Of a stretch of 64,000 nt of DNA, positions 61,322 through 64,000 are shown piece after piece; position 1 is the first letter of the stretch; every line of letters starts with the position of its first letter. Under the pieces are notes generated by a model. That model had not been told where the DNA came from. It was given only the letters and a program-made list of their open reading frames with translations, and ran no database searches. Position numbers and translations under genes: made by a program. The stretch is from Oikopleura dioica (lineage: Eukaryota; Animalia; Chordata), in contig OU015568.1 in assembly GCA_907165135.1 (NCBI GenBank), positions 5,518,001 to 5,582,000 on the forward strand, in the 5' to 3' direction.

Positions 61322-64000
61322 TTACTCTTCTTTTGGGGTCAATGTGATGGAGTAAGCTTCAAGACAGAGATACCACGTTCCTTTCTTCATGTGAATTGTT
61401 TCGTGAATTAACTTGCTTGTGTTATTGCCATCACTGTAAACATAATCTCCGAATTCTTTCAAGCAATGAGAAATCTTTTTCTCAACGACATAGTATCGTT
61501 GGTTGATGGGAATTCTGATTTCAGCGCCGAAATGTTCGATTAATGTGTTCTGGATAACGTATTCGGATTTAATTTGGTCGATTCGGTCAACGACCATTTG
61601 GTGAAAAAAAACTTTATATATTTTGTCTGTCGGACAAAAATCATAAATAGCGCCGGTAACTGTCAGTGGACGATCAATTTTATCCATTTGATGGTGAAGA
61701 AACACTTAAGAATATATCAAAAATAAAGATCATACTTATACTGTTAAAATTTTACCAGTTTCAAAATTGAAATCAGCTTTCACATAACTTTTTTTTGTTA
61801 GAATCTCCCATCCACTGTCATTCAAATATGTTTTGAATTTGAGTCTCTTGAGAAGCGTTTCGACTGGAGTGTATTGAAATTTTTGTTCTCCTTCTTTCGG
61901 ATTTAGATTCAATCCAGTCATGCTTCGTGGATAAATGACCATCGTTATTGTAGTGAAAATTCTTTCCATCGAAAAACGGTCTTTCATAATTGCTTCAGAA
62001 ACACTTTTCAAGTCATGTTTGAGTGCCCATCTCAGAAGAGTAGTGACCGAGATCGGCACACACAGATTTGTGTCTTTTTGGTTAACGACATTTTTCGTCA
62101 GATTTTCGAAGTTGAGGTTCATTTGTTTTGTGAGATTTTCTTTCATATTTGACATTGCAGAAGATTTCCCAAGATATGGATCGTTTTGAACGTCATATGA
62201 TGATGCATGCTTTAAAGAAATAACCTTTGAAACACCTTCGATTCCCCCAGCTGGAATCTGACCCCAAGACTTGTGGAACCATCCAGCACGAAATTCCTTA
62301 ATTATTAACAAGTGTTCTTTCTTATGCTTGAATACCGTTAATTCTTTTTTAATCTGATCTCTATCAGCGTCTGTCTCTATTGGTTTGAACAAAAGATACC
62401 AGGCGGTATTCCAATCGCATAAAGTCCACACGTGCACTGGGAATTCGACGTCCATTATAAAATTGTTTGCACCGGTATCCACCAACTGAACAATAGTCGA
62501 AAATGCAGGTGTGCCCGCATCTAAAAGAAAAGTTTGTCTTACGAGTATTTATGGCTGACACTGACTATGTCGCCGAATGTCGCCGAATGTCGCCAAAAAA
62601 AAACAAAAACACCATGTTCTAGAAAACTTCGATTCCTGGTCATAAAATCGTTTTCTTATAGAAAATACTATTATGATCGTTAAAAATGTAATTTTAACAG
62701 AAATTAGCATAAAATTAGCCATATGAAACCTAAACTAAACATCCCGTCAAGAAATCTTTGTGCGCTTCGCGCCTGGATAGAAGGAAACTCAAAGAGTGAG
62801 TCTGTCAATTTTTGCGCCTCCGTCATTTTCTAGAACGATTTTATTTTGATACCGAGACGTTTTTTTTTTATTTTGAGGCTATTTTCAACAAAATGGCGAC
62901 ATTCAGCGACATTCGGCGACATAGTCAGTGCGTCCCGTATTTATCGTTCTTACGTATATATCTGAGTTGTTCATATCTACTCCCTCTCGGTGAATAACCC
63001 ATTTCTTCATAGCTCTTTTTTCGTCTAATTCTTTGAATGACTCCGAAATCGCTCCACTTTGGAACGTCGCCAACAAGAAGAACGTTCGCCGGTTTGGCGT
63101 CTAATTGTTTGATCCCAACGCGATCTAAATATTTGAATCCTGCTTCGATTTCAGGGAGCATATTTTTCCTCTTTTCTATGCTCAAAGGTTTAGCATCAGT
63201 CAGTCGGTCTTTCAAGTTGCCATCGCATTTCTCCATGATCGTTATGCATCCCAAACAGTCAACTTTCATTTTATCATTTTGTAGGAAAATTTCAATATTG
63301 GAGTAGTGTTTCACTACATTTCTGTGAAATGGGATCGCATTTTTGCTTTTATAGGATTCAGCGATTTCGTAATCTGAATGTCAATTTGATACCAATTTGA
63401 GCTTCTTAATTTGATTGACAAAATTACCTTTAGAAAGATTGATTTTAAAATGCAGCTCCTCATCCTTCAGGGCCTTCGTAAACAGCGCTGGATCAAAACA
63501 TTGAACTCTAACGGCAACTTTAAGGTCTCCAAAACTTTCATCGAAAACTATTGCTTCTCCTCCCGCTGAAATGATTTCTTCTTTACGCAAATCAAGGTTC
63601 CAGTTTCCATTTTCAGCTTTTAAATTTGATCGTTGAATTTTGATTTTTGCCTTGGAAAATCCCCACATATTCTTTTTTGTATATTCTGCATTTTCCGAAA
63701 GAATTTTTTTTTGCAGCTCCGTAGCCGGCCAACTTCTGTAACCGGTTGTAATTTTGGTGGGAAAACCTCTGATTTTATCATAGTGATAGATTTTAAATTC
63801 TATTTTGCCTTTTCCATTCTCAAAAATCACCTCTGACCATCCAGGTATTTTTCTTAATTCATCATTTTCACCTTCGAGCTCCATTCTCTCGACGGACAAG
63901 ATCAGTCTATCCAAATCATTCCTTGTCGTTTCTCTCTTCAAATTCTTTTTAAAACCCTCAAGCCATTCCTCAATCGCTTCTTTTGTCAATTCTTTTGGAT
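61322..64000 (-). CDS. Atypical protein kinase-like domain fused to a C-terminal papain-like cysteine protease domain (5' end outside the window)
   Basis: ISAGGEAIVF..KVAVR, HRNVVKHY, IMEKCDGNL, QLDAKPANVLL, WSDFG, HAGTPAF; then QKDTNLCVPIS, FFHQMVVD, EYVIQNT; three GT-AG introns in phase. Confidence 0.8.
62559..62930. mobile_element. MITE with CACTG...CAGTG ends in the kinase gene intron (CACTA/CMC-like ends, tentative)
   Basis: cactgactatgtcgccgaatgtcgcc / ggcgacattcagcgacattcggcgacatagtcagtg. Confidence 0.75.

Overview
This is eukaryotic, AT-rich genomic DNA with many short (about 40-60 nt) introns, several needing GC-AG or GA-AG splice sites. That points to an appendicularian tunicate (Oikopleura-like); this is an inference, not a database result. 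The supplied ORF track is mostly exon fragments, antisense shadows or translated repeats, so gene models were rebuilt by hand by joining exons in frame. Left to right the window holds: a carbohydrate sulfotransferase; a small secreted protein; a calcineurin-B-homologous protein; a SelM/Sep15-like protein whose CxxU site reads FGAW; an astacin-EGF protease; two more secreted orphans; two PY-motif membrane proteins; a five-copy tandem array of Zn-finger/coiled-coil/RING genes (two more copies at 43.8-46.3 kb); a possible prohormone; AHCYL1/IRBIT; eIF4E; a C-type-lectin-like gene; a ~14 kb CLCA-like type I membrane protein gene; and the 3' part of a kinase-like protein fused to a papain-like protease domain. 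The CLCA-like gene carries two tRNA genes in short introns, a third tRNA just 5' of its first resolved exon, and a complete antisense GT31 glycosyltransferase gene inside one intron. Non-autonomous TIR elements are dense, and no transposase is present. The strongest system-level signal is a hAT-type MITE family (8-bp TSDs) sitting exactly at coding junctions in several unrelated genes, where removing element plus one TSD restores the frame. This looks like introner-like intron gain caught at different stages. Three other hAT MITEs hit the same exon of three RING paralogs independently. The kinase-papain fusion, the remodelled CLCA and the Sec-to-Trp SelM-like gene are the most novel protein-level candidates.
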